DNA of 64,000 bases from Candidatus Woesearchaeota archaeon (GTDB lineage Archaea > Nanobdellota > Nanobdellia > SCGC-AAA011-G17 > JACPIM01): assembly GCA_016188045.1 (NCBI GenBank), contig JACPIM010000002.1:108737-172736 (forward strand), read 5' to 3'. The position numbers were made by a program, and so were the translations under genes. Under the pieces are notes generated by a model that saw only the letters and a program-made list of their open reading frames with translations, did no database searches and had not been told where the DNA came from. Each line of letters opens with the position of its first letter. The stretch's first letter is position 1. Shown one piece after another: positions 56,317 through 64,000 of this stretch.

Positions 56317-56369
56317 AAATCTGAATTTCAAGAGAAAGATTTATATATTAATATGTTCATAAATAACAT

Positions 56370-56672
56370 ATGTTAAAAAAGCCATATAAATTATTTTTTG
56401 GTACATTAGCTAATAACCAAAGGTTAGAAATAATAAACTTTTTGATAAAAAGTCCTAAAACAGTAACCCAAATTTGTAGAGAATTAAAGTTCAATCAAAC
56501 CACAGTATCGCATAATCTTAACATATTGAAAAAATGTAGTTTTGTATTTTTTAAGAAAAATGGCAAGGAGCGCATTTATTCAATAAACAAAGATACAATT
56601 GGGCCTTTGATGAAGCTTATCGATAATCACACAGAAAAATTCTGTAAATATTTATGTGGATGTAAAACTTAG
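56370..56672 (+). CDS. ArsR/SmtB family metalloregulator
   Basis: LANNQRLEII and QTTVSHNL motifs; C-terminal H...C...CGC. Confidence 0.9.
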   Translation: MLKKPYKLFFGTLANNQRLEIINFLIKSPKTVTQICRELKFNQTTVSHNLNILKKCSFVFFKKNGKERIYSINKDTIGPLMKLIDNHTEKFCKYLCGCKT

Positions 56673-56684
56673 GAGGCAAACAAA

Positions 56685-56813
56685 ATGGTAAAAAATTGTT
56701 GCAAAGGGGGAACTTGTCCAACATGTGATTGTTGTATATGTATCTGTACTAAAGATTTAAAAAAGAACTTAACACCAGAAGCCAAAGAATTATTATTAGA
56801 TATGCTTAGGTAA
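56685..56813 (+). CDS. 42-aa metallothionein-like peptide
   Basis: GGAGG RBS; MVKNCCKGGTCPTCDCCICICTKDLKKNLTPEAKELLLDMLR; not in the ORF track. Confidence 0.75.
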   Translation: MVKNCCKGGTCPTCDCCICICTKDLKKNLTPEAKELLLDMLR

Positions 56814-56816
56814 CAA

Positions 56817-57284
56817 ATGATAAAACAAGTTTTTAAAAAACCCTATTTGTATTTTTTTATTTTAATATTTCTTGTTTATTTAACATTGAATGTAATAATC
56901 AGCCAATTTTACATTACAATTCAATATATTCCAAAATATCTAGAGACTATAAACTGGTTAGAACTAATTCTGTCTGGAATCTTTAGTTTAATCATAGGAA
57001 TTTTAATCTCCATTAGTGCAGTTCTAGTTTATATTAAATATAAAGAAAGAAAAAAGATAAAAAAACAAACATTCTTGGCCAGCTTAGGAACAATTGGTGG
57101 ATTTTCAACAGGAATTTGCAGCGCCTGTGTTGCTGGTTTATTTCCTCTAATCTTCAGCCTATTTGGAATAAGCTTTAGTTTTCTTTCATTGCCATTTAAA
57201 GGAATGGAAATACAGCTATTAATTATATTAATCCTAACCAGTAATTTATATTTTTTAAATAAAGAGAAAAAAGTTTGTTCTTGA
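56817..57284 (+). CDS. Four-TM membrane protein with CxxC (paralog of 45613)
   Basis: TGICSACVAGLFP. Confidence 0.75.
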   Translation: MIKQVFKKPYLYFFILIFLVYLTLNVIISQFYITIQYIPKYLETINWLELILSGIFSLIIGILISISAVLVYIKYKERKKIKKQTFLASLGTIGGFSTGICSACVAGLFPLIFSLFGISFSFLSLPFKGMEIQLLIILILTSNLYFLNKEKKVCS

Positions 57285-57347
57285 AATAGTTCTAAATCAC
57301 CCAAACATTTATATATTCCATATATATACCAAATATATAGAGATAAA

Positions 57348-57593
57348 ATGGTACAGGCAATGATCGAAATTCCAAAGGAAGTAAATCAAGTTTTGAATAT
57401 TGTGAAAGCTAGATTCGGTCTTAAAACAAAAAGTGAAGCAATAGCAAAAGTTGTTATTGAATATGGTGTTGAAATTTTAGAGCCAGAATTGAGGCCAGAA
57501 TATGTAGAGAAATTAAAGAAGATTGAAAAAGAAGGAAAATTTATTAGTTTTGATTCTATTGAAGATCTAAAAAAGAGTATTGAAAATGCTTAA
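57348..57593 (+). CDS. DUF2683-like antitoxin
   Basis: VLNIVKARFGLKTKSEAI...EPELRPEY. Confidence 0.8.
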   Translation: MVQAMIEIPKEVNQVLNIVKARFGLKTKSEAIAKVVIEYGVEILEPELRPEYVEKLKKIEKEGKFISFDSIEDLKKSIENA

Positions 57594-57855
57594 GTTTGAC
57601 ATAGAAGAAAAACTCCACCAGACTCTTAAAAAGCTTTTTAAAAAAGATAAGGAAAGATATGAAATTGTTTGGAAAAAGATTAATGAAATTATAAATAGCT
57701 CAGATATAGAACATTACAAAAATCTTAGATTTCCCATGAATGAATTCAAAAGAGTCCATATTGATAAAAGTTTCATTCTAATTTTCAAATATGATAAAAC
57801 AAATGATAAAATAATTTTTTACGATCTAGACCATCATGATAAAATCTATAAATAG
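57586..57855 (+). CDS. RelE/YafQ-like toxin
   Basis: KNLR...KRVHI...DHHDKIY; overlaps the antitoxin gene. Confidence 0.85.
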   Translation: MLKFDIEEKLHQTLKKLFKKDKERYEIVWKKINEIINSSDIEHYKNLRFPMNEFKRVHIDKSFILIFKYDKTNDKIIFYDLDHHDKIYK

Positions 57856-58004
57856 CTTATTTGATCTAAAATAAATTTTATGTTAAATTGCAAACTTTAT
57901 TATCTCTAAATTACAGCTTTTATGTTCTTTACACCAAGCATAGCATTTCTCAGCAGTTTCTTTATCTTTATAATACAGTTTACATATTTTGCATTGATAT
58001 CTTT

Positions 58005-58697
58005 TCATGTTTTTATTACTCTTTTCCAGTTTATATGCTCATATAACCCAGCCCAGTACATTCCCAAAGTAAAAGCAAACATTAGTTCTTCTAAAGGTAT
58101 TCCGAATATTAAGATACCACTTATGGCTGAAAAATTCCACACATTACTAACGTAATTTGGATACATGGCAATAAATAAAATGAAAAAAATAAAATATAAT
58201 CCTAAAAATAGAAATCCTCCCTTTATTATCTTATCCTTTAAGTCTTTTCTACAATTAACAATCGCTATTGCACCCAAAAAAAGAGAAATCGCTGTAACAT
58301 AAATTGGATTTAAGTTAGTCATAAAATAAAAGAATAAAAAAACCAAAATAGGAACAAAAACATAAAAATAATGAAGCGTATGCTTTTTCCTTTCTTTTGA
58401 AGATAATGTGATGTGCTTGACTTTAAAAAGTTCTTCATATAATATAGACGCTATGCCCCCCATTGCAAAAGAAAAAATAAGACTTTCGATATCTAAACCG
58501 GTTGTTTTAGCCAAATTAAATATTGTTGGTGGATCCCAATATTCTGGTACAAAAATAAATTCTGTTAAGCCTAATGGAGCGGTAAAAATACTGGTTAATA
58601 GCATTTCTTTTCTAACTTCTTTTTTAATTTCAAATAATAGAATCCAAATTATTAACAGTATTAAAGAACCGATCAGATATTCATACAAAAATATCAC
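58005..58697 (-). CDS. Lycopene-cyclase-domain-like membrane protein
   Basis: Duplicated domain: PEYW...DIESLIF and W...GIPLEELMFAF. Confidence 0.7.
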   Translation of the reverse strand: MIFLYEYLIGSLILLIIWILLFEIKKEVRKEMLLTSIFTAPLGLTEFIFVPEYWDPPTIFNLAKTTGLDIESLIFSFAMGGIASILYEELFKVKHITLSSKERKKHTLHYFYVFVPILVFLFFYFMTNLNPIYVTAISLFLGAIAIVNCRKDLKDKIIKGGFLFLGLYFIFFILFIAMYPNYVSNVWNFSAISGILIFGIPLEELMFAFTLGMYWAGLYEHINWKRVIKT

Positions 58698-58757
58698 CCC
58701 ATATAAAATTTAATAATTTTATAACTAATTAAATCTTGCTTCTGTTAAAAATATAAC

Positions 58758-59021
58758 TTATTTCACAAATTTATTATAAATTGAAGCAAATACTGCACCA
58801 ATTAAATAACCACTAATAAAAACTACAATAAATCCTAATATGGTTCTTCCATCAAAACCGGGAGTTATTGCGATCTTTGTTATATCAATTCCATGCATAA
58901 AAGAGCCAAATAAACTCAAGGCAAATCCGGGTGCAATTAAAACTAACAAAAGACACACAACACTTACTATTAAAAATGTTAATCCAAGTGCAATTCCAGA
59001 TGCATTTACATCTTTCTTCAT
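58758..59021 (-). CDS. Small membrane protein (DUF5676-like)
   Basis: VVC...FMHGID between TM helices. Confidence 0.65.
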   Translation of the reverse strand: MKKDVNASGIALGLTFLIVSVVCLLLVLIAPGFALSLFGSFMHGIDITKIAITPGFDGRTILGFIVVFISGYLIGAVFASIYNKFVK

Positions 59022-59036
59022 TACTTTTCACCTCCT

Positions 59037-59237
59037 TTATTGACTTTTATTGTTTATTCTAAACTTATCATGTAGCCAACACCAGCCAGTAAAGCTTTCT
59101 ATTAAAGCAATCCACCCAATAATAATTATGATCCAGTTTACAAGTTCTGTGTTGGTTCTTAATGCCCACGGACCAAGCCACCAAAAAGCCAATGCAAATC
59201 TTAAAACTCTATCTAGTTTACCTAAATTTTGTTTCAT
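59037..59237 (-). CDS. DUF2892/YgaP-like membrane protein
   Basis: NLGKLDRVLR...GWC. Confidence 0.85.
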   Translation of the reverse strand: MKQNLGKLDRVLRFALAFWWLGPWALRTNTELVNWIIIIIGWIALIESFTGWCWLHDKFRINNKSQ

Positions 59238-59251
59238 AAATTTCACCTCCC

Positions 59252-59656
59252 TTAATGTTTTGCGCAATGTTCACAACAAAAAATTAATTTCTTTCCATTT
59301 ACTATTTTTTCAAAGCCATTTTTATAAATTTCACACTCACAGTTTGCGCATTTGTGTACTTTAGATTCAACAAAAGCACCTATTATATCATTAAACTTCG
59401 TCAATAAGTCATTAGTAAACTCTTTGCCTTTCTCAGTTATAAAATAACTCTTCTTGTCTCTTGAACCTGTTTTTTTAACTTCAACTAATTTATTTTTCTG
59501 TAAAACTTTCAAAAAGGGATAAACATGGGAAGTGCTTATTTCTTTTCCAAACAAATGCTCTAATTCTTTTATGAGTTCATAGCCATGTTTAGGTCCTTTA
59601 TTTATTAAAACCACCGTATAAAATTTTATTAAATTACCAACCTTTATATTTTCCAT
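59252..59656 (-). CDS. PadR-family regulator with C-terminal TRASH-like Cys domain
   Basis: HGYELIK...VYPFL...ITEKG; CANC...FCCEHC. Confidence 0.88.
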   Translation of the reverse strand: MENIKVGNLIKFYTVVLINKGPKHGYELIKELEHLFGKEISTSHVYPFLKVLQKNKLVEVKKTGSRDKKSYFITEKGKEFTNDLLTKFNDIIGAFVESKVHKCANCECEIYKNGFEKIVNGKKLIFCCEHCAKH

Positions 59657-59690
59657 CACCAATGTTAATATAGCACAAAGTTTATATACT

Positions 59691-59706
59691 TTTTGATATA
59701 TCAAAA
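59691..59706. promoter_or_regulatory. Perfect 16-bp palindrome TTTTGATATATCAAAA (candidate PadR operator)
   Basis: In the divergent padR/copA promoter next to TTTATATA; an extra half-site follows. Confidence 0.65.
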
Positions 59707-59714
59707 TTTGATAT

Positions 59715-59768
59715 ATGGTAAAAATAAGATTAATCAAGGAAAAATGCGAATATTGCAGGGATGACTAA
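59715..59768 (+). CDS. 17-aa CxxC leader peptide candidate
   Basis: MVKIRLIKEKCEYCRDD*, ending 1 nt before the YHS start. Confidence 0.35.
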   Translation: MVKIRLIKEKCEYCRDD

Positions 59769-59769
59769 A

Positions 59770-59922
59770 ATGTTTTGGAATAAACCTACTGACCCGGTAT
59801 GCAAGATGAAATTAAAAAAAGTAACACAATTTAAGAGCGAGTTTCAAAATAAGACATATCATTTCTGCTCTTTAAACTGTAAACAAAAATTTGATAAAAG
59901 TCCGCGAGAATATGCAAAATAA
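59770..59922 (+). CDS. YHS-domain protein (50 aa)
   Basis: TDPVCKM...TYHFCSLNCKQKF...PREY; not in the ORF track. Confidence 0.88.
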   Translation: MFWNKPTDPVCKMKLKKVTQFKSEFQNKTYHFCSLNCKQKFDKSPREYAK

Positions 59923-59926
59923 GACA

Positions 59927-60388
59927 ATGAGCAAAATGCATAATAAAAAACCAGTTTTCGAGTATTCAAAAATAACAGAATACATATACATAGGAACAAA
60001 CTTATGTTGTGCTGAACATTTTAAAAAAGTGCTATTAAAAAAAGGAATAAAGGCAGATATAAGTTTGGAAGAAAAAAGACTGGATCACCCTATTGGAGTA
60101 GATTATTACTTATGGTTGCCTACTAAAGATCAAACACCTCCAAGTTTTAACCAGCTTTTAATTGGCTCTAAATTCATTAAAGATTTAATTAAAAATAAAG
60201 TAAAAGTTTATATACATTGTGAATTTGGGCATGGAAGAAGCCCAACTTTAGTAGCAGCTTATTTTATTTCAGAAGGAAAAGAAGTAAAAGAAGCAATTAA
60301 AATAATAAAAAATAAAAGACCAAGTATTCATTTAAGCAAATCTCAAATTAAAGCACTAGAGAATTTTAGAAAAAGAATAAAATGGTAA
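59927..60388 (+). CDS. Dual-specificity protein phosphatase
   Basis: HCEFGHGRS (HCx5R) P-loop. Confidence 0.9.
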   Translation: MSKMHNKKPVFEYSKITEYIYIGTNLCCAEHFKKVLLKKGIKADISLEEKRLDHPIGVDYYLWLPTKDQTPPSFNQLLIGSKFIKDLIKNKVKVYIHCEFGHGRSPTLVAAYFISEGKEVKEAIKIIKNKRPSIHLSKSQIKALENFRKRIKW

Positions 60389-62799
60389 AAAAAGGAATTT
60401 TAAAAGTTACAGGAATGCATTGTGCTAGCTGTGCTTTGCTTATTGAAAAAAATTTGAAGAAAAAACCAGGAGTTATTAATGCTTCTGTTAATTATGGAAC
60501 TGAAAAAGCAACAATAGACTATGACGAATCTAAAGCAGATATAAAACACTTTGTTCATGCAATAAGGGAAGTAGGCTATGATGTTATTGAAGAATCTTCA
60601 AGTTCAAATGAAAGAATAGTTACATTAAAGATAATTGGTATGGATAATCCTCATTGTGTAAATGAAATTAAAAATGCCTTACAGCCACTAAAATCAAAAG
60701 GAATTCTTGATGGAGAATTAAATATTAATGAAAAAGCAGTAATAAAATATGATCCATCAAGATTAGGTTTAGAAGAAATAAAAAAAGCAATAAATAATGC
60801 AGGGTATAAAGCATTAGAAGAAACAAGTTTGGATAGAGAAAGAGAAGTCAGGGAAGAGGAACTAAGAAAACTTAAGAATTTGTTTTTAATAGGTTTAATT
60901 TTTTCCATTCCCATAGTAATGTTATCATTTCCTGAAGTTTTTAAAATTGATTTTTCTTTAAGGAATTTTGTTTTGTTAATTTTAACAACCCCAGTTCAAT
61001 TTTATGTTGGAGCAAGATTCTACAGAAGTGCTTGGGGTGCATTGAAAGCCAGAAGTGCAAACATGGATTCTTTAATAGTTGTAGGAACTACAGCTGCTTA
61101 TATTTATAGTTTATTTGTAACATTTACTACGTCAAATGGTGCAACTTATTTTGATACCGCTTCTGTAATTATAACTTTCATTGTATTAGGCAAGTTTTTA
61201 GAATCAAAAGCAAAGGGAAAAACCTCTGAAGCCATTAAAAAACTAATAGGATTGCAAGCTAAAACTGCAACGGTAATAAGAGACAAAAAAGAGATTAAGA
61301 TACCGATAGAAGAAGTGCGTGTTAATGACATAGTTATAATAAAGCCAGGTGAAAAAATACCAGTTGACGGCCTTGTTGTTGAAGGTGGCTCTAGTGTTGA
61401 TGAATCAATGATAACCGGCGAAAGCATTCCTGTTGAAAAAAAGATTAATAGCATAGTTATCGGAGGAACAATAAATAAAAATGGATTATTGAAGTTTAAG
61501 GCAACTAAAGTTGGCAAAGATACTACATTAGCGCAGATAATAAAAATGGTTGAAGAAGCCCAGGGAAGCAAGGCCCCAATTCAAAGATTAGCTGATAAAG
61601 TATCTAGCATATTTGTTCCTGTTGTTATTGTAATCTCATTATTGACCTTTTTTGTTTGGTTCTTCTTTGGACCGCAACCAGCATTTACTTTTGCCTTAAG
61701 TAATTTTGTTGCTGTTTTGATTATTGCCTGTCCTTGTGCTTTAGGATTGGCCACTCCAACTGCGATTATAGCAGGAACTGGCAAAGGAGCAGAGCATGGA
61801 ATCTTAATAAGGGGCGGTGAAGCCCTGGAAACAGCACATAAAATAACTACCGTTGTATTTGATAAAACAGGTACATTAACTAAAGGAAAACCAGAAGTTA
61901 CAGACGTTCTTGATATTGGAAAGGATAAAAATACTTTGAAATATGCAGCAATAGCTGAAAAAGGATCAGAGCACCCATTAGGAGATGCAATAATAAACGA
62001 AGCCAAGAAAAGAGAAATAAATATTCCAGACGGCACCAGTTTTAAGGCAATTTCTGGAAAAGGTGTTCAAGTTAGATACTTGAGCAAAAACATTTTATTA
62101 GGAAATAGAAAACTAATGGAAGATAATGAGATAGATATAAAAAATATCAATGATAAGATAAGCGAGTTAGAAGAGCAGGGAAAAACAGTAATGATTCTTG
62201 CTTTGGATAAAAAACTGTATGGTCTAATAGCCGTCGCTGATACTTTAAAGGAAAACTCAAGAAGTGCAGTTTATAGGTTGCAAAGAATGAATAAGGAAGT
62301 TGTTATGATAACAGGAGATAATAAAAGAACCGCCCATGCTATTGCAAGGCAAGTGGGAATTAGATATGTTCTTGCAGAAGTATTGCCAGGTGATAAGGCT
62401 AATGAAGTTAAAAAACTGCAAAAGCAAGGAAGAATAGTTGCAATGGTAGGCGATGGTATTAATGATGCTCCAGCCCTGGCACAAGCTGATGTTGGAATTG
62501 CTTTAGGTTCTGGAACTGATGTTGCTAAAGAAACAGGAGATATAGTTTTAATTAAAAGTGATTTGATGGATGTTGTTACCTCAATAGATTTAAGCAGTTA
62601 TACTATAAAGAAAATAAGACAGAATTTGTTCTGGGCATTTTTTTATAATTCAGCAGGAATTCCAATAGCTGCCGGAATATTATATCCTTTCTTTGGGTTT
62701 TTGTTAAATCCAATGATAGCTGCTGCAGCAATGGCCCTAAGTTCTGTTTCTGTAGTAAGTAATTCTTTATTAATGAGAAGATATAAAGGAATTAGGTAA
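60382..62799 (+). CDS. copA: Cu(I)-exporting P1B-type ATPase
   Basis: GMHCASC HMA, TGES, CPC, DKTGT, SEHP, GDGINDAP, YN and MALSS motifs. Confidence 0.96.
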   Translation: MVKKGILKVTGMHCASCALLIEKNLKKKPGVINASVNYGTEKATIDYDESKADIKHFVHAIREVGYDVIEESSSSNERIVTLKIIGMDNPHCVNEIKNALQPLKSKGILDGELNINEKAVIKYDPSRLGLEEIKKAINNAGYKALEETSLDREREVREEELRKLKNLFLIGLIFSIPIVMLSFPEVFKIDFSLRNFVLLILTTPVQFYVGARFYRSAWGALKARSANMDSLIVVGTTAAYIYSLFVTFTTSNGATYFDTASVIITFIVLGKFLESKAKGKTSEAIKKLIGLQAKTATVIRDKKEIKIPIEEVRVNDIVIIKPGEKIPVDGLVVEGGSSVDESMITGESIPVEKKINSIVIGGTINKNGLLKFKATKVGKDTTLAQIIKMVEEAQGSKAPIQRLADKVSSIFVPVVIVISLLTFFVWFFFGPQPAFTFALSNFVAVLIIACPCALGLATPTAIIAGTGKGAEHGILIRGGEALETAHKITTVVFDKTGTLTKGKPEVTDVLDIGKDKNTLKYAAIAEKGSEHPLGDAIINEAKKREINIPDGTSFKAISGKGVQVRYLSKNILLGNRKLMEDNEIDIKNINDKISELEEQGKTVMILALDKKLYGLIAVADTLKENSRSAVYRLQRMNKEVVMITGDNKRTAHAIARQVGIRYVLAEVLPGDKANEVKKLQKQGRIVAMVGDGINDAPALAQADVGIALGSGTDVAKETGDIVLIKSDLMDVVTSIDLSSYTIKKIRQNLFWAFFYNSAGIPIAAGILYPFFGFLLNPMIAAAAMALSSVSVVSNSLLMRRYKGIR

Positions 62800-62882
62800 T
62801 CGATGATTTGTCAAGTACGCTTTGGTGTATATATTAAAGATTAATAATTTATTTATACTGAAAATATTTGATTTAAATCAAC

Positions 62883-63437
62883 TTGTTAATAGACAGATTA
62901 AGAGAAAAAATAAACAAAATAGAGAAAGTTAGACAAATTTTTCTTATGTTATCTATAATTCTATCAGTATTACTAATATATTTTTCGTTACAATTTAGAA
63001 TAAACTTTATTTATATCGCCCTGTATATTTTATTTATAATAATAACATATATGTTAATAAAAGAAACAAGTGAAGTTTATTCTAAAAAAGAGCAGTTAGA
63101 TAAAAGAGATATTAAAAGAGAATTCATTAAATTTATTATTATCTATATGATTATAATTGTGTCATACATAATCTTGTTTTCATTTTTATTCTTTTTAACT
63201 GCGAAATTGAATATCGGACAAATTATATCAAATGACGGCATTAAACCAGTTGAAAACTTTAGAGACTTTTTATTCTTCAGTGGAATCACCTTCGTATCAT
63301 ACGATGCCGGTTTCTTCCCTACCCAACTTATGAAAATCTTTGTATTCATAGAATTGTTCTTATCACAAATTATAATTTTAGGATTTTTATTTATAATATT
63401 TGGACATTTAATGGAAGAAATAAAAGAAAAACTTTAA
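62883..63437 (+). CDS. Ion-channel-like (Ion_trans_2) membrane protein with atypical filter
   Basis: FRDFLFFSGITFVSYDAGFFP pore-helix-like segment. Confidence 0.5.
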   Translation: MLIDRLREKINKIEKVRQIFLMLSIILSVLLIYFSLQFRINFIYIALYILFIIITYMLIKETSEVYSKKEQLDKRDIKREFIKFIIIYMIIIVSYIILFSFLFFLTAKLNIGQIISNDGIKPVENFRDFLFFSGITFVSYDAGFFPTQLMKIFVFIELFLSQIIILGFLFIIFGHLMEEIKEKL

Positions 63438-63440
63438 TAA

Positions 63441-63737
63441 ATGATAGGAGCAGATAATTATAATATGAACAAAAAAGGCGAGATTATTATTATAAGTGGC
63501 ATAATAATTGTAGCTATAGCTTTTTTAGGGCTTTATTACATAGAAAATAAACTTATACCACAAAAAGAATTACAGTACATAGGAGATACCTCTACAAAGA
63601 TTGCTTATAATTTAAGAAGCGAAAATTCAGAGTGTAACTTAAATTTGATTAATATAGAAAAAAGAAATATTATCTTCTTTGAAAATATACAAGAGATTAA
63701 TTCAGAAGGATATATAGTAGACACAGTATGTTTTTAA
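63441..63737 (+). CDS. Small membrane-anchored hypothetical protein
   Basis: MNKKG followed by a hydrophobic segment (class III-like signal). Confidence 0.6.
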   Translation: MIGADNYNMNKKGEIIIISGIIIVAIAFLGLYYIENKLIPQKELQYIGDTSTKIAYNLRSENSECNLNLINIEKRNIIFFENIQEINSEGYIVDTVCF

Positions 63738-63868
63738 GTAATTTGAATAATAGCTAAAATAAATACTAAACTTAATAATATAACAATGGTAAAAAATAGA
63801 CCATAATCTATTCTTAAAGAAGGATCTCTTTCAAATTCATTTTTTAACATAGCTAACAATAATACCAT
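63734..63868 (-). CDS. Possible 44-aa single-TM peptide
   Basis: Manual translation MVLLLAMLKNEFERDPSLRIDYGLFFTIVILL... Confidence 0.35.
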   Translation of the reverse strand: MVLLLAMLKNEFERDPSLRIDYGLFFTIVILLSLVFILAIIQIT

Positions 63869-64000
63869 CTTGTTACATATACCTACTATTTGTATACTTA
63901 TATATTTTTTTATTTTTTATTATTCATAAACCAAAGATAAAAGTAGGATAAAATCAAATAAAAAAACTGATCATTTCTTGATCAGAATTTGAAGCTTTAT

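Noticed and set aside
60651-62484. Several 75-151 aa minus-strand ORFs, like similar ones inside lhr, the ABC permeases and the surface genes
   Set aside because: They are antisense shadows of well-supported genes
1-64000. Provirus, IS element, integrase or CRISPR-Cas locus
   Set aside because: No recognisable capsid, terminase, recombinase, transposase or cas motifs in the window

Overview
This is a strongly AT-rich, gene-dense archaeal window, most consistent with a DPANN lineage such as Woesearchaeota or Pacearchaeota. That placement is an inference from archaeal SecF, PINA, TrmI, Rpp21, Pth2, Lhr, BHB-type tRNA introns and a stand-alone 5S rRNA. The first ~44 kb is mixed housekeeping, surface and accessory genes; ~44.2-62.8 kb is a copper/thiol-redox island ending in CopA. 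Main candidates for new biology: (1) three tandem membrane-anchored proteins that all end in MVGGC, a SoxY-like Cys arm, followed by a CopG(DUF411)-like/CcdA fusion; (2) four tRNAs carrying seven BHB introns, including a triple-intron tRNA-Arg(CCT) whose D-loop and T-loop introns share an identical 31-bp core that also occurs as a dispersed intergenic GNA-triloop hairpin; (3) a 2-kb methyltransferase/kinase/NDT/MazG cassette flanked by a 16-bp duplication of the 5S rRNA 3' end; (4) micro-ORFs missing from the track, including a metallothionein-like peptide, a hyperacidic peptide and a YHS protein. No CRISPR array, integrase or transposase was seen. Family assignments come from motif recognition by eye, not database searches.
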